Notes under the pieces: generated by a model
The model's input: the letters and a program-made list of their open reading frames with translations, nothing else
What the model was told of the DNA's origin: nothing
Database searches by the model: none
Shown: positions 34,936 to 43,212 of the stretch, piece by piece
How the letters are laid out: every line of letters starts with the position of its first letter
How positions within the stretch are numbered: position 1 is the first letter of the stretch
Source: Dehalococcoidia bacterium
GTDB lineage: Bacteria; Chloroflexota; Dehalococcoidia; Lucifugimonadales; UBA3495
Assembly (NCBI GenBank): GCA_034428795.1
Contig: DAOUHF010000131.1
Location: forward strand, 24,382 to 88,381
DNA: 64,000 nt
Direction of reading: 5' to 3'
Made by a program: the position numbers and the translations under genes

Positions 34936-35511
34936 TCACCTTGATTCGGCGACGGCATGGGGGCGGCGGCGGGAATATTCATCGGCCAGCAACCCCAAGG
35001 CTGAGGAATCGTACCATTCACCGTCCTTGCGATGGGACTTCCGGAAATGGCCCTCCAACACGAAACCCAGATGCTGGACCATTCGCATGGCGTGCTCGTT
35101 GTAGTCCGGAACGTCCACCCACACCCGGTGCAGGGCCAACTCGTTGAATGCGTAGTCGAGAAGGCCGATCAGGCCATTGGTCCCAAAATGTTGATGCCAG
35201 AGGTCTTTGCGGCCCACCAGCACATAGGCCTGGGCTTCCTGCAAGGGCCATTCGATGACCAACTGGCCCTCGCCAATGTGGTCTCCCTCGCCGGTGTAAA
35301 TTGAAAACGTCCTGCGGTTTTCGTCGTTGAAAACCCGCTCCCATTCCTCGTCGGCGTCCAATACCTGGGAGGGAACGTAGCCGGCGTGGAGCGGTTTCCC
35401 GTCATCTCCCAATCCATACCATGACGCGTTGACTTCAGGGTCTTCGAGCCAAGCGGACAGCCGCTGCACGTCTTCTTTCGTCGGCGACGCCAGTGTTATT
35501 CCCGTCAACAT
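34936..35511 (-). CDS. GNAT family N-acetyltransferase (RimJ/RimL-like)
   Basis: ...GRKDLWHQHFGTNGLIGLLDYAFNELALHRVWVDVPDYNEHAMRMVQHLGFVLEG... Confidence 0.75.
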   Translation of the reverse strand: MLTGITLASPTKEDVQRLSAWLEDPEVNASWYGLGDDGKPLHAGYVPSQVLDADEEWERVFNDENRRTFSIYTGEGDHIGEGQLVIEWPLQEAQAYVLVGRKDLWHQHFGTNGLIGLLDYAFNELALHRVWVDVPDYNEHAMRMVQHLGFVLEGHFRKSHRKDGEWYDSSALGLLADEYSRRRPHAVAESR

Positions 35512-35707
35512 AGTGCACCCCGCTCACCACGATTGAACTCGGTTGGGTTGGACCTGCCTGGTTCGCTTGATTGGTTGGGTTGGACCTCAATGAATTATAG
35601 ACCCAATCCGGTTTGAGAATAGATTATATCAAATAGCTTATGTCATGTATCCACTCAATCCCGCTGTCAGGGAGCTCGTAAACGACGCCGCCACAGGCAA
35701 GGCGCAG

Positions 35708-35750
35708 CCCAATTTATGTGGCGTCCCAATTTAAGTGGCGGTAGTATACT
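35708..35750 (+). promoter_or_regulatory. Direct-repeat operator-like site plus a -10-like box
   Basis: CCCAATTTATGTGGCG (35708-35723) and CCCAATTTAAGTGGCG (35725-35740), followed by TATACT (35745-35750). Confidence 0.3.
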
Positions 35751-35771
35751 CCCGTGGGTGAGTAACGCCTA

Positions 35772-35822
35772 GGGAACATCTGAACAAGTCCCTTTCCCCT
35801 GATGGGGGAAGGTTAGGATGGG
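35772..35822. repeat. Family-1 repeat, short copy (left TIR plus one hairpin unit)
   Basis: taGGGAACATCTGAACAAGTCCCTTTCCCCTGATGGGGGAAGGTTAGGATGGG. Confidence 0.7.
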
Positions 35823-35871
35823 CAAGGCATCAATTCCCGGGCTATTCGTCAAATTCAGTGAGGGAAGACCA

Positions 35872-36654
35872 ATGCGTGAGAATACGTTGAAAGCGAGCCT
35901 CAACGACGGCAAGGCGGTGTTCGGAGTGATGATCACGTTTCCGTCGGCCCCCGTGATCGAGATGCTGGGTTGCCTGGGGTTCGATTGGGTGCTCATCGAC
36001 AACGAACACGGGTCCATCACGGTCGATAACTCGGAAGACCTCGTGCGGGCCGCGGAACTGACTGACATCGCTCCAATCATCCGTCCGGTGGCTAACCGGC
36101 CGGAGATTATCGCGCCGTTTCTGGACCGCGGCGCGTGGGGTGTTCAGGTCCCCCACGTGAACACCGCCGACGAAGCGCGGGCCGCCGTGGACGCAGTGAA
36201 ATACTACCCCGAAGGGCACCGGGGCATTTTCAGCCGCAGCCGTCCCGCGGGCTACGGCTTCTCCGGTAGCACCGGCGATTACGTCGTCGAGGCCAACCGC
36301 AACACCCTGGTCTGCCTGATGCTGGAAGAGGTAGAAGCCATCGACAACCTTGAATCAATGGTGGAGGTGCCGGGGGTGGACGTTTTCTTCATCGGTTCCG
36401 GCGACCTTTCCCAGTCGATGGGATATCCCGGCCAACAGACCCATCCGGAAGTACAGGCCGTGATGGAACGGGGTGTGGAGGTGATCCGGAAGGCCGGCAG
36501 GGTGGCCGGGGTGAGTTGCCCCGACAATTACGTTCCGAAGTTCCTGGACCTGGGAGTACAGTACTTCCACGGCAACGTGAACTCGCTGCTCCAGACATCC
36601 AGCGTGGCCTACCTCGAGAACATGCGGGAGGCTGCCGCCAAGGCCGGAATTTAG
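35872..36654 (+). CDS. HpcH/HpaI-family aldolase
   Basis: MRENTLKASLNDGKAVFGVMITFPSAPVIEMLGCLGFDWVLIDNEHG. The track start at 35818 lies in the repeat, so ATG 35872 is preferred. Confidence 0.8.
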   Translation: MRENTLKASLNDGKAVFGVMITFPSAPVIEMLGCLGFDWVLIDNEHGSITVDNSEDLVRAAELTDIAPIIRPVANRPEIIAPFLDRGAWGVQVPHVNTADEARAAVDAVKYYPEGHRGIFSRSRPAGYGFSGSTGDYVVEANRNTLVCLMLEEVEAIDNLESMVEVPGVDVFFIGSGDLSQSMGYPGQQTHPEVQAVMERGVEVIRKAGRVAGVSCPDNYVPKFLDLGVQYFHGNVNSLLQTSSVAYLENMREAAAKAGI

Positions 36655-36728
36655 AGCCGCCCCGGTTTGAATGGTGAGAGGCGGATGAACCTGGCCATAA
36701 TGGCGGCGACGGGGACGGATGGCCCTAC

Positions 36729-36924
36729 TCCGTCTCCCCGGCGAAAGCCGGGGTCCACGTCCCTTCCACGCTTCGGTTATCTCAGTGGTTGACCGTCGTC
36801 TGGCGTTAACGGGCTGTCCTTGGGGGTTGGGGGGGCGTGGATTCCGGCTTTCGCCGGAATGACGGAGGGGGATGAGGGAATGACCGGAGGGAAGCCGGAA
36901 TGACGGGAGGGGTGCCGTCATTCC
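36729..36924. repeat. Family-2 repeat copies in opposite orientations, plus GGAATGAC(G/C)GGAGGG sub-repeats
   Basis: CCGTCTCCCCGGCGAAAGCCGGGGTCCACGTCCC (36729-36762) faces GTGGATTCCGGCTTTCGCCGGAATGACGGAGGGG (36837 onward). It translates as the familiar spurious WIPAFAGMT peptide. Confidence 0.7.
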
Positions 36925-36990
36925 TTCAAGAAACTCCGGGATGACTCATGTACGACTTGGGAATCGGACTATTCGGCGTCGGGTAGGATC

Positions 36991-38031
36991 CTACGCCGTG
37001 GTGGCGGCCACCGGCTCCCGGCGCACCGACTTGATGGCGTTGACCTGCTCCATCAACAGGTCGAAGTTCTGGAAGGTCAGGGACTGGGGGCCGTCGCACT
37101 TGGCCAGGTCCGGGTTGGGGTGGACCTCGATGAGCAGGCCGTGGGCGCCGGCGGCTACCGCCGCCAAGGCCACCGGAGTCACCAGGTACCACTTGCCGGT
37201 GCTGTGGCTGGGGTCGGCGACAATGGGCAGGTGGCTAAGGCGTTTAATCACCGGGATCGCGGCCACGTCCAACGTGAAGCGGGTGAACTGCTCGAAGCCC
37301 CGGATGCCCCGCTCGCACAGGATCACCTGGTCGTTGCCGGCGGCCATCACGTATTCGGCCGCCAGGAGCCACTCCTCGTAGGACGCCGCCAGACCGCGTT
37401 TCACCATGACCGGTTTGCGGGTAAGTCCCACCTCGTCCAAGAGGTTGTAGTTCTGCATGTTGCGGGCGCCGACCTGAAGGATATCGGCGTATTGGGCGAC
37501 CGTATCCACGTCCGCAGGGGACATGACTTCGGTGATGATGGGAAGGCCTGTCTCCTGTCTGGCGATGTCCAGCAGCTTGAGACCGTCGAGACCCATACCC
37601 CGGAAACTGTAGGGAGAGGTGCGGGGTTTGAAAGCGCCGCCCCGGAGCACAGTGGCGCCGGCGGCCTTCACCGCCTTGGCCGTGGATACCATCTGCTCTT
37701 CGTCTTCCACCGAGCAGGGCCCCGCCATGATCACCGGATCGGGACCACCGACCACCGCGCTGCCAACGACGACGCTGGTGTTGTCCGGGTGGAACTCACG
37801 GCTGGCCAGCTTGTAGGGCTTGGATATCACCACCACTTCCCGGACGCCGGGAAGAAGCTCCATTTCGTCTTTCAGGTCGGGCGGCAGGGAACCGAGGACT
37901 CCGATGACCGTCCGTTCCACGCCCTGGGATATCTGGGCTCTAAGCCCCCGGGCTTCAATGCGATGCTTCACCGTATCCAGGTTTTCCGGAGAACTGTCCG
38001 TCGCCATTACCACGATCATATTCGAATTCAC
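36991..38031 (-). CDS. 3-deoxy-7-phosphoheptulonate (DAHP) synthase, type I-beta, with an N-terminal regulatory domain
   Basis: 346 aa. A ferredoxin-like N-terminal domain is followed by PVIMAGPCSVEDEEQ and LRGGAFKPRTSPYSFRG. Confidence 0.9.
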   Translation of the reverse strand: MNSNMIVVMATDSSPENLDTVKHRIEARGLRAQISQGVERTVIGVLGSLPPDLKDEMELLPGVREVVVISKPYKLASREFHPDNTSVVVGSAVVGGPDPVIMAGPCSVEDEEQMVSTAKAVKAAGATVLRGGAFKPRTSPYSFRGMGLDGLKLLDIARQETGLPIITEVMSPADVDTVAQYADILQVGARNMQNYNLLDEVGLTRKPVMVKRGLAASYEEWLLAAEYVMAAGNDQVILCERGIRGFEQFTRFTLDVAAIPVIKRLSHLPIVADPSHSTGKWYLVTPVALAAVAAGAHGLLIEVHPNPDLAKCDGPQSLTFQNFDLLMEQVNAIKSVRREPVAATTA

Positions 38032-38169
38032 CTGCGCGAGTTTCTAATGCCATTTCATTAGTCGTAAGGAACTGGAACAGACACTGGACGAAATATCTCA
38101 CACACCTGGACCGGCAACTACGCTCCCTTCCACCCTCCTCCTGACCGGCGATCGGGCCACACGCCCGCA

Positions 38170-38523
38170 CTAAGACCTCAGAGTATCCGTACCCTTCAGA
38201 TATTTGTTGACCAGTTGCTGGGGCTCCTTATCGGTGTTAACCAGTATAAGTATCCTGATACAACGCGGCAAGCTTCCTGGCACCTCTACTTCGACGGCTC
38301 CGAAGAGAGCCGTGTCGTTCCAGCCCAACCGGCGGGCCGCCGCAGCCGGGAATGCGGCGTTGAGGTCTGGGGTCATGGTGAAATAGACGGCCGCCAGGCT
38401 GGGTTCCTCCAGGCCGTTGGCTTCAATGAGCGCTTCCAGCAGCTCGGTGGTAGCGCCGTGGATGGCCTCCGCCGTGTTGGCGTCGGCTACGGTTGCCCCT
38501 CTGATCCCGCGGCAAACAGTCAT
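38170..38523 (-). CDS. aroH: Chorismate mutase, AroH type
   Basis: MTVCRGIRGATVADANTAEAI... (RGIRGA signature). Its start overlaps the trpA stop by 1 nt (TGATG). Confidence 0.8.
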   Translation of the reverse strand: MTVCRGIRGATVADANTAEAIHGATTELLEALIEANGLEEPSLAAVYFTMTPDLNAAFPAAAARRLGWNDTALFGAVEVEVPGSLPRCIRILILVNTDKEPQQLVNKYLKGTDTLRS

Positions 38524-39353
38524 CAGCTCCCGCCTCCGGACCCCGGAGCCGCCCGTACTCCCTTCCCCGCCAGGCCGCCTACCAGATCGACGCAACGATC
38601 GATCAACTCCTCTCTCGGCGAGTCAAGCATAACCCGGACCAGAGCGCTTCCGACCACGGCGGCGTCCGCCCTGGTCCCAACCTCGTCGATGTGCTCCCGC
38701 CGCGATATGCCGAACCCGACCGCGAGGGGCAGGGAGGTATGGGCCCGCACCCGGTCGACCAATTCGAAGCTCCGGCCCGACAACTGGTCCCGGGCGCCGG
38801 TCACTCCGGTCAGGCTGATGCAGTAGATAAACCCGCTGGCATCCCGGCACGACTCTCGTATGCTGTCATCCGTACTGGTGGGGGCGAGAAGCGGTATGAG
38901 GGAAATGTCTGCCGGTTTCAACGCCGCCGCCAAGGGGCGCGCCTCGAAACCGGGAAGGTCCACCGCGATGAGGCCGTCCACTCCGGCGTCCCGGCACCGG
39001 CCGGCGAAGGGGGTTATTCCGTAGCTGTAAATGGGATTGTAGTACCCCATCAGAATCAACGGGGTCTCCGGCAACCGGCCTCTGACCGCTTCAACGGTCC
39101 GGAGGCAGTCCTCCAGGGACGTTCCCTTCTGAAGGGCCTCGTAACTGGACTCCTGAATGGTCGGCCCCTCCGCCAAGGGATCGCTGAAGGGAATTCCCAA
39201 CTCCACGGCGTCGGCCCCTGCCGCGACCAGCGCCGGCACCAATTCCCGGGTCATTTCCACGTCGGGATATCCGACGGTCAAGAACACAATAAGTCCGGGA
39301 CGCTGACGTTCCCGGACCCGCTCAAACATACGTTGAATTCGTTCCTTGCCCAT
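38523..39353 (-). CDS. trpA: Tryptophan synthase alpha chain
   Basis: GADAVELGIPFSDPLAEGPTIQ and GFGIS. Confidence 0.9.
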   Translation of the reverse strand: MGKERIQRMFERVRERQRPGLIVFLTVGYPDVEMTRELVPALVAAGADAVELGIPFSDPLAEGPTIQESSYEALQKGTSLEDCLRTVEAVRGRLPETPLILMGYYNPIYSYGITPFAGRCRDAGVDGLIAVDLPGFEARPLAAALKPADISLIPLLAPTSTDDSIRESCRDASGFIYCISLTGVTGARDQLSGRSFELVDRVRAHTSLPLAVGFGISRREHIDEVGTRADAAVVGSALVRVMLDSPREELIDRCVDLVGGLAGKGVRAAPGSGGGS

Positions 39354-39410
39354 CCGTCGGCCGACCAGTCCTCCCTTGTCTGCGTGGCAAGAATTTAACC
39401 CAACCGTTAA

Positions 39411-39500
39411 GGCCTGTCTAGCCCCGGACTCTGGCCCCGGACTCTAGCCCCGGACTCTACCCCCGGACTCTGGCCCCGGACTCTGGCCCCCGACTCTAGC
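39411..39500. repeat. 13-bp x ~6-7 tandem repeat (GCCCCGGACTCTR)
   Basis: Head-to-tail copies run from 39421 to 39498. The last unit contains the TAG stop of the CPBP gene. Confidence 0.9.
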
Positions 39501-40296
39501 CTCGATAGACCACCAAGGCCACCGCCAGGGCGTTCTGGCCGGCGTGGACCGCGATACTGGGCCAGAGGGAACCGGTACGCCAATAGAGCCACGCCAGCAG
39601 GACCCCGGTGAAGAAGACCGGGACCAAGACACCGACACCCGTGAAGATGTGGAAGCCGCTGAACACCAGGGAGCTGGCCACTATCCCCCACCAGGGGCCC
39701 AGCCGGGGCAACAGCCCGCCCAAGACGAAACCCCGGAAGAATATCTCCTCCGCCAAGGGAGTAACCCCGGCCAGGGCTTGAAAAGTAAGCAAGACCAAGG
39801 GACCGTCGAAGGCCACGTCTCGTTCGATCTCCGGCAGGGTCAGCTTGTCCACGCCCAGCCATTCGACGAACAGCCCGTACCCGCTGGTAGCTCCCAGGCT
39901 TACGGCCAAAACGACCACGGCCAGGAGCGCCATTGCAGGCGGCGGCATCGTCCCCCGCCCCAAGCCGATGAGCGAGAAGGGGGCGGTACTGCGGCGAACG
40001 CCCAGCGCCCAGACAATGACGGCGATTGCGAGGCCGGTTACGTGGACGCTGGTCCAAGTCCCGACGGCTGTCTCTTCCAGCGACGTCCAACGGGCCAATG
40101 CCTCTATCACCGCCACCGAAAGCAAGAGGGAGGCCAGGAGCAGGGCGACTCCGGCGGCGACCGCCATAACGCCCCAATCCGGGGCCCTCCCGGCCACCGC
40201 ATCCGCCCCCCGGTCCTCGGGCTTGGCCGGTTGGCCGCAATGCCGGCAATAGCCCGCGCTCGGATCGCCGGGCTGGCCGCAACGGCTACAGTGCAA
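39496..40296 (-). CDS. CPBP (CAAX/Abi) family intramembrane metalloprotease with an N-terminal zinc ribbon. The start is uncertain.
   Basis: HCSRCGQ..YCRHCGQ, then TM segments with EEIFFRG, FSGFH and HAGQN. TTG 40296 (GGAG upstream) is preferred, because the track start at 40482 collides with the divergent gene and crosses tandem duplications. Confidence 0.7.
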   Translation of the reverse strand: MHCSRCGQPGDPSAGYCRHCGQPAKPEDRGADAVAGRAPDWGVMAVAAGVALLLASLLLSVAVIEALARWTSLEETAVGTWTSVHVTGLAIAVIVWALGVRRSTAPFSLIGLGRGTMPPPAMALLAVVVLAVSLGATSGYGLFVEWLGVDKLTLPEIERDVAFDGPLVLLTFQALAGVTPLAEEIFFRGFVLGGLLPRLGPWWGIVASSLVFSGFHIFTGVGVLVPVFFTGVLLAWLYWRTGSLWPSIAVHAGQNALAVALVVYRG

Positions 40297-40481
40297 TTGG
40301 AGTCTCCAAACGGGGCCCTTCCGGTGACCCCGGTTAGTATACAAATCTACACGACCGGGGGTATGTATCGCGCCGATTGCGAATAAGGTTCGCCCTCGGC
40401 CATAATATCCGGGCTGGCGGCCATAATATCCGGGCCGGCCATCCAAACCCCGATTCCAGATAAGACCCGAGGTAAGGTCCA

Positions 40482-40679
40482 ATGACCACTGGCAAACCCT
40501 TCAGCCGGGAAGACTTCGACAACCTGGCGACCCACCTTGGTATAACCGGAGATGCGGCCCACATGGACGAGTTGTTCGTCCAAGTCCGCGGCCTCATGGC
40601 CGGGGCGGAAGCTATCCTCCAGATCGACGTCTCCGACTCAGAGCCGGACATGGCGTTCATACCGGCGGACGAGTCATAG
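40482..40679 (+). CDS. Small AtzG/GatC-like (DUF4089-like) amidase partner protein
   Basis: 65 aa. ...LGITGDAAHMDELFVQVRGLMAGAEAILQIDVSDSEPDMAF fits the recalled DUF4089 pattern and lies directly upstream of an amidase. Confidence 0.5.
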   Translation: MTTGKPFSREDFDNLATHLGITGDAAHMDELFVQVRGLMAGAEAILQIDVSDSEPDMAFIPADES

Positions 40680-40707
40680 CGTCCTGGCAACCCCCGCCCG
40701 TCCAGAA

Positions 40708-40770
40708 AACGGAGACCCCAGACAACGGAGACCCCAGACAACGGAGACCCCGGAAAGCGGAGACGATGAC
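40708..40770. repeat. 16-bp x ~4 tandem repeat abutting the amidase start codon
   Basis: AACGGAGACCCCAGAC x2, then AACGGAGACCCCGGAA, then AGCGGAGACGATGAC, followed by ATG at 40771. Confidence 0.9.
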
Positions 40771-42183
40771 ATGGACCAACTGGAAATCTGCTACATGAGC
40801 GCCGGCGATCTCTCCCGGCTGATTCGCGAAAAGGAAGTATCGCCCGTCGAGGTTATCGACGCCCATTTGGCCCGAATTCAAACCACCGAACCGGCGCTCA
40901 ACTCCTTCATAACCCTGCTGCCGGCGGAGGCCCGGGCGGCGGCCCGGCAGGCGGAGCGGGACATCCAGGCGGGCCGGTACCGGGGGCCTCTCCACGGCGT
41001 CCCTGTGGCCCTCAAAGACCTCTTCAATACCGGAGGCGTGCGCACGACATCCGGCTCCAAGATCTTCGATAACTTCGTCCCTGCGGAAGACTGCACTGTG
41101 GCGGCGCGCTTTCGGGAGGCCGGAGCAATACTGCTGGGCAAACTGAACATGCACCAGTTCGCCTTCGGCCCCACCGGGGAGAACCCCGACTACGGGCACA
41201 TGCACAACCCCTGGAACCCGGAGATGGTCAGCGGAGGATCAAGCGGCGGCTCCGGGTCTGCCGTCGCGGCCGGCCAGTGCACCATCGCCACGGGCAGCGA
41301 CACCGGAGGCTCCATTCGCATACCGTCGGCCCTTTGCGGCATAGTGGGCCTCAAGCCGACCTACGGGGCGGTGAGCCGCCACGGGCTCCGGCCCCTTTCC
41401 TGGTCCCTGGACCATCCCGGACCCATGGTGAGGACGGTGGAGGACGCGGCCCTGGCCATGAACGCCATAGCCGGCCACGACCCGAAAGACGTCGCATCCG
41501 CCAGATTTACGCCCCCGGACTACACCGAGGGGCTGGGGCAAGATGTGACCGGGCTTCGAATCGGCGTCCCCAAGGAGTATTTCGAAGCGCCATTGGACCC
41601 GGAGGTACGTCTGGCGGTGGAAAACGCCCTGGGCCAACTGGAAAGCCTGGGAGCAGAGGTGCGGGAGGTGTCGATGCCCATGTTCGAACAAGCCCAGGCC
41701 TTCTCCACGACGGTGCTGTTGGCCGAGGCCTCGGCATATTTCCGGGACATCCTGGCCAAAGACGGCCCGCAGATCTATCCGCCGGTACGCACCCGGCTGG
41801 AGGCCGGCCTCTTCATCAGCGCCGCGGACTACCTGCGGGCCCAGCAGGCTAGGGCGCTCTTCGACCGCCAGGCCAGGGCCTTGCTGGACGAGGTCGACCT
41901 GCTGGCCGGACCGACGGAACCGGTGACGGCCCCCGAGTTGCTGGCCGAAACCGTTCTGGCGGGCGAGCGAGAGGTGGGCACGGTGGCGGCGTTGACCCAA
42001 TACACCCGCCCTTACAACGTCACCGGGTTCCCAGCCATTTCGGTGCCCTGCGGCTTCTCGAACGCCGGTATGCCTATAGGCCTGCAATTGGCGGGACGGG
42101 CCTTCGACGAGCCCACCATCCTACGGGCGGCCCACGCCTACGAACATTCCACGCAATGGCATACCCGGCGGCCCCCGATCTGA
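40771..42183 (+). CDS. Amidase-signature family amidohydrolase (GatA/AtzE-like)
   Basis: MDQLEICYMSAGDLSRLIREKEVSPVEV..., GGSSGGSGSAVA and GSDTGGSIRIP. Confidence 0.85.
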   Translation: MDQLEICYMSAGDLSRLIREKEVSPVEVIDAHLARIQTTEPALNSFITLLPAEARAAARQAERDIQAGRYRGPLHGVPVALKDLFNTGGVRTTSGSKIFDNFVPAEDCTVAARFREAGAILLGKLNMHQFAFGPTGENPDYGHMHNPWNPEMVSGGSSGGSGSAVAAGQCTIATGSDTGGSIRIPSALCGIVGLKPTYGAVSRHGLRPLSWSLDHPGPMVRTVEDAALAMNAIAGHDPKDVASARFTPPDYTEGLGQDVTGLRIGVPKEYFEAPLDPEVRLAVENALGQLESLGAEVREVSMPMFEQAQAFSTTVLLAEASAYFRDILAKDGPQIYPPVRTRLEAGLFISAADYLRAQQARALFDRQARALLDEVDLLAGPTEPVTAPELLAETVLAGEREVGTVAALTQYTRPYNVTGFPAISVPCGFSNAGMPIGLQLAGRAFDEPTILRAAHAYEHSTQWHTRRPPI

Positions 42184-42186
42184 GGA

Positions 42187-42299
42187 TCCCCATCCTAACC
42201 TTCCCCCATCGGGGGGAAGGGACTTGTTCGGAGGAGAGCTTAACGGCCCCCATCCTAACCTTCCCCCATCGGGGGGAAGGGACTTGGGCAGATGTTCCC
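42187..42299. repeat. Family-1 repeat, two hairpin units in inverse orientation plus a TIR
   Basis: CCCCATCCTAACCTTCCCCCATCGGGGGGAAGGGACTTG occurs twice, ending ACTTGGGCAGATGTTCCC. Confidence 0.75.
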
Positions 42300-42435
42300 T
42301 GGAAAATGCCGCCTCCAGTTTCGCGGCAGGCGCTCCGGCTTATTACGGACCGTACTTTCGTGTAATATCTATCTAGCGACTCTCGCCGGCCCCCTGGCCC
42401 TATCTTTCAAGGGCCTCGGGCCAGGAGCTCCCCAA

Positions 42436-43200
42436 TTGCCTGGGATTACCACCGTCACCTTCGACCTCTGGCAGACTCTGCTGTTGGACAACCGGGAACT
42501 GGGCCGCGTACGGGCCCAAGCGCGGTTGGACGGCGCGCAACAGGCGTTGGCTGCCGCCGGGGAAGTGTATGACATGGAACGAATCCGGGAGGCCTACCGG
42601 GAATGCTACCTCCGGTGCCGGGAGATCCGTGAAGGCCACCTGGACGTGAGTTTTGACGAACAGGTGGGAATCTTCGTCAACAATATCGACTCCGGTCTGC
42701 CGGAACGACTGGGACGAAAAACGATGGACGAAATCATTCGCGCCTATGCCGATTCCTTCCTGGAATACCCTCCGCCGGCCCACGAACACGCCCTGTCCAC
42801 TCTGCAAGGGGTGAGAGACCTGGGGCTGCGTATGGGCCTGATTTCCAACACCGGCATGACTCCGGGCACTACGTTCCGCACTTACTTGCAAAACCAGGGA
42901 ATGTTGGGTTATTTCGACACCCTGACCTTCTCCGATGAGGTGAGGCTCTCGAAACCAGGCAAAGAAATTTTCATGATGACCCTGAGCTCCATGGGCGCGG
43001 CTCCGGATGGGACCGTACACGTGGGGGACCACGTCAAAAACGACGTTGTGGGAGCGAAACAGTGCGGCCTCAAGACCGTGTGGATCACCGGGTTTTCTGA
43101 ACGGGAGGACCCCAACGACCCGGCCACGGAGCCGGATGCCGAGGTAAATGGACTGGGGGAAGTAGCGCCCGCGATCGCCCGGTTGGCCGGGCGCCTTTAG
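42436..43200 (+). CDS. HAD-superfamily hydrolase (subfamily IA-like). The start is uncertain.
   Basis: ITTVTFDLWQTLL (motif I DxW/D), ISNT (motif II) and VGDHVKNDVVGA (motif IV). The track ATG 42292 lies in the repeat, so TTG 42436 is proposed. Confidence 0.65.
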   Translation: MPGITTVTFDLWQTLLLDNRELGRVRAQARLDGAQQALAAAGEVYDMERIREAYRECYLRCREIREGHLDVSFDEQVGIFVNNIDSGLPERLGRKTMDEIIRAYADSFLEYPPPAHEHALSTLQGVRDLGLRMGLISNTGMTPGTTFRTYLQNQGMLGYFDTLTFSDEVRLSKPGKEIFMMTLSSMGAAPDGTVHVGDHVKNDVVGAKQCGLKTVWITGFSEREDPNDPATEPDAEVNGLGEVAPAIARLAGRL

Positions 43201-43212
43201 GGAGGCCGGGCG

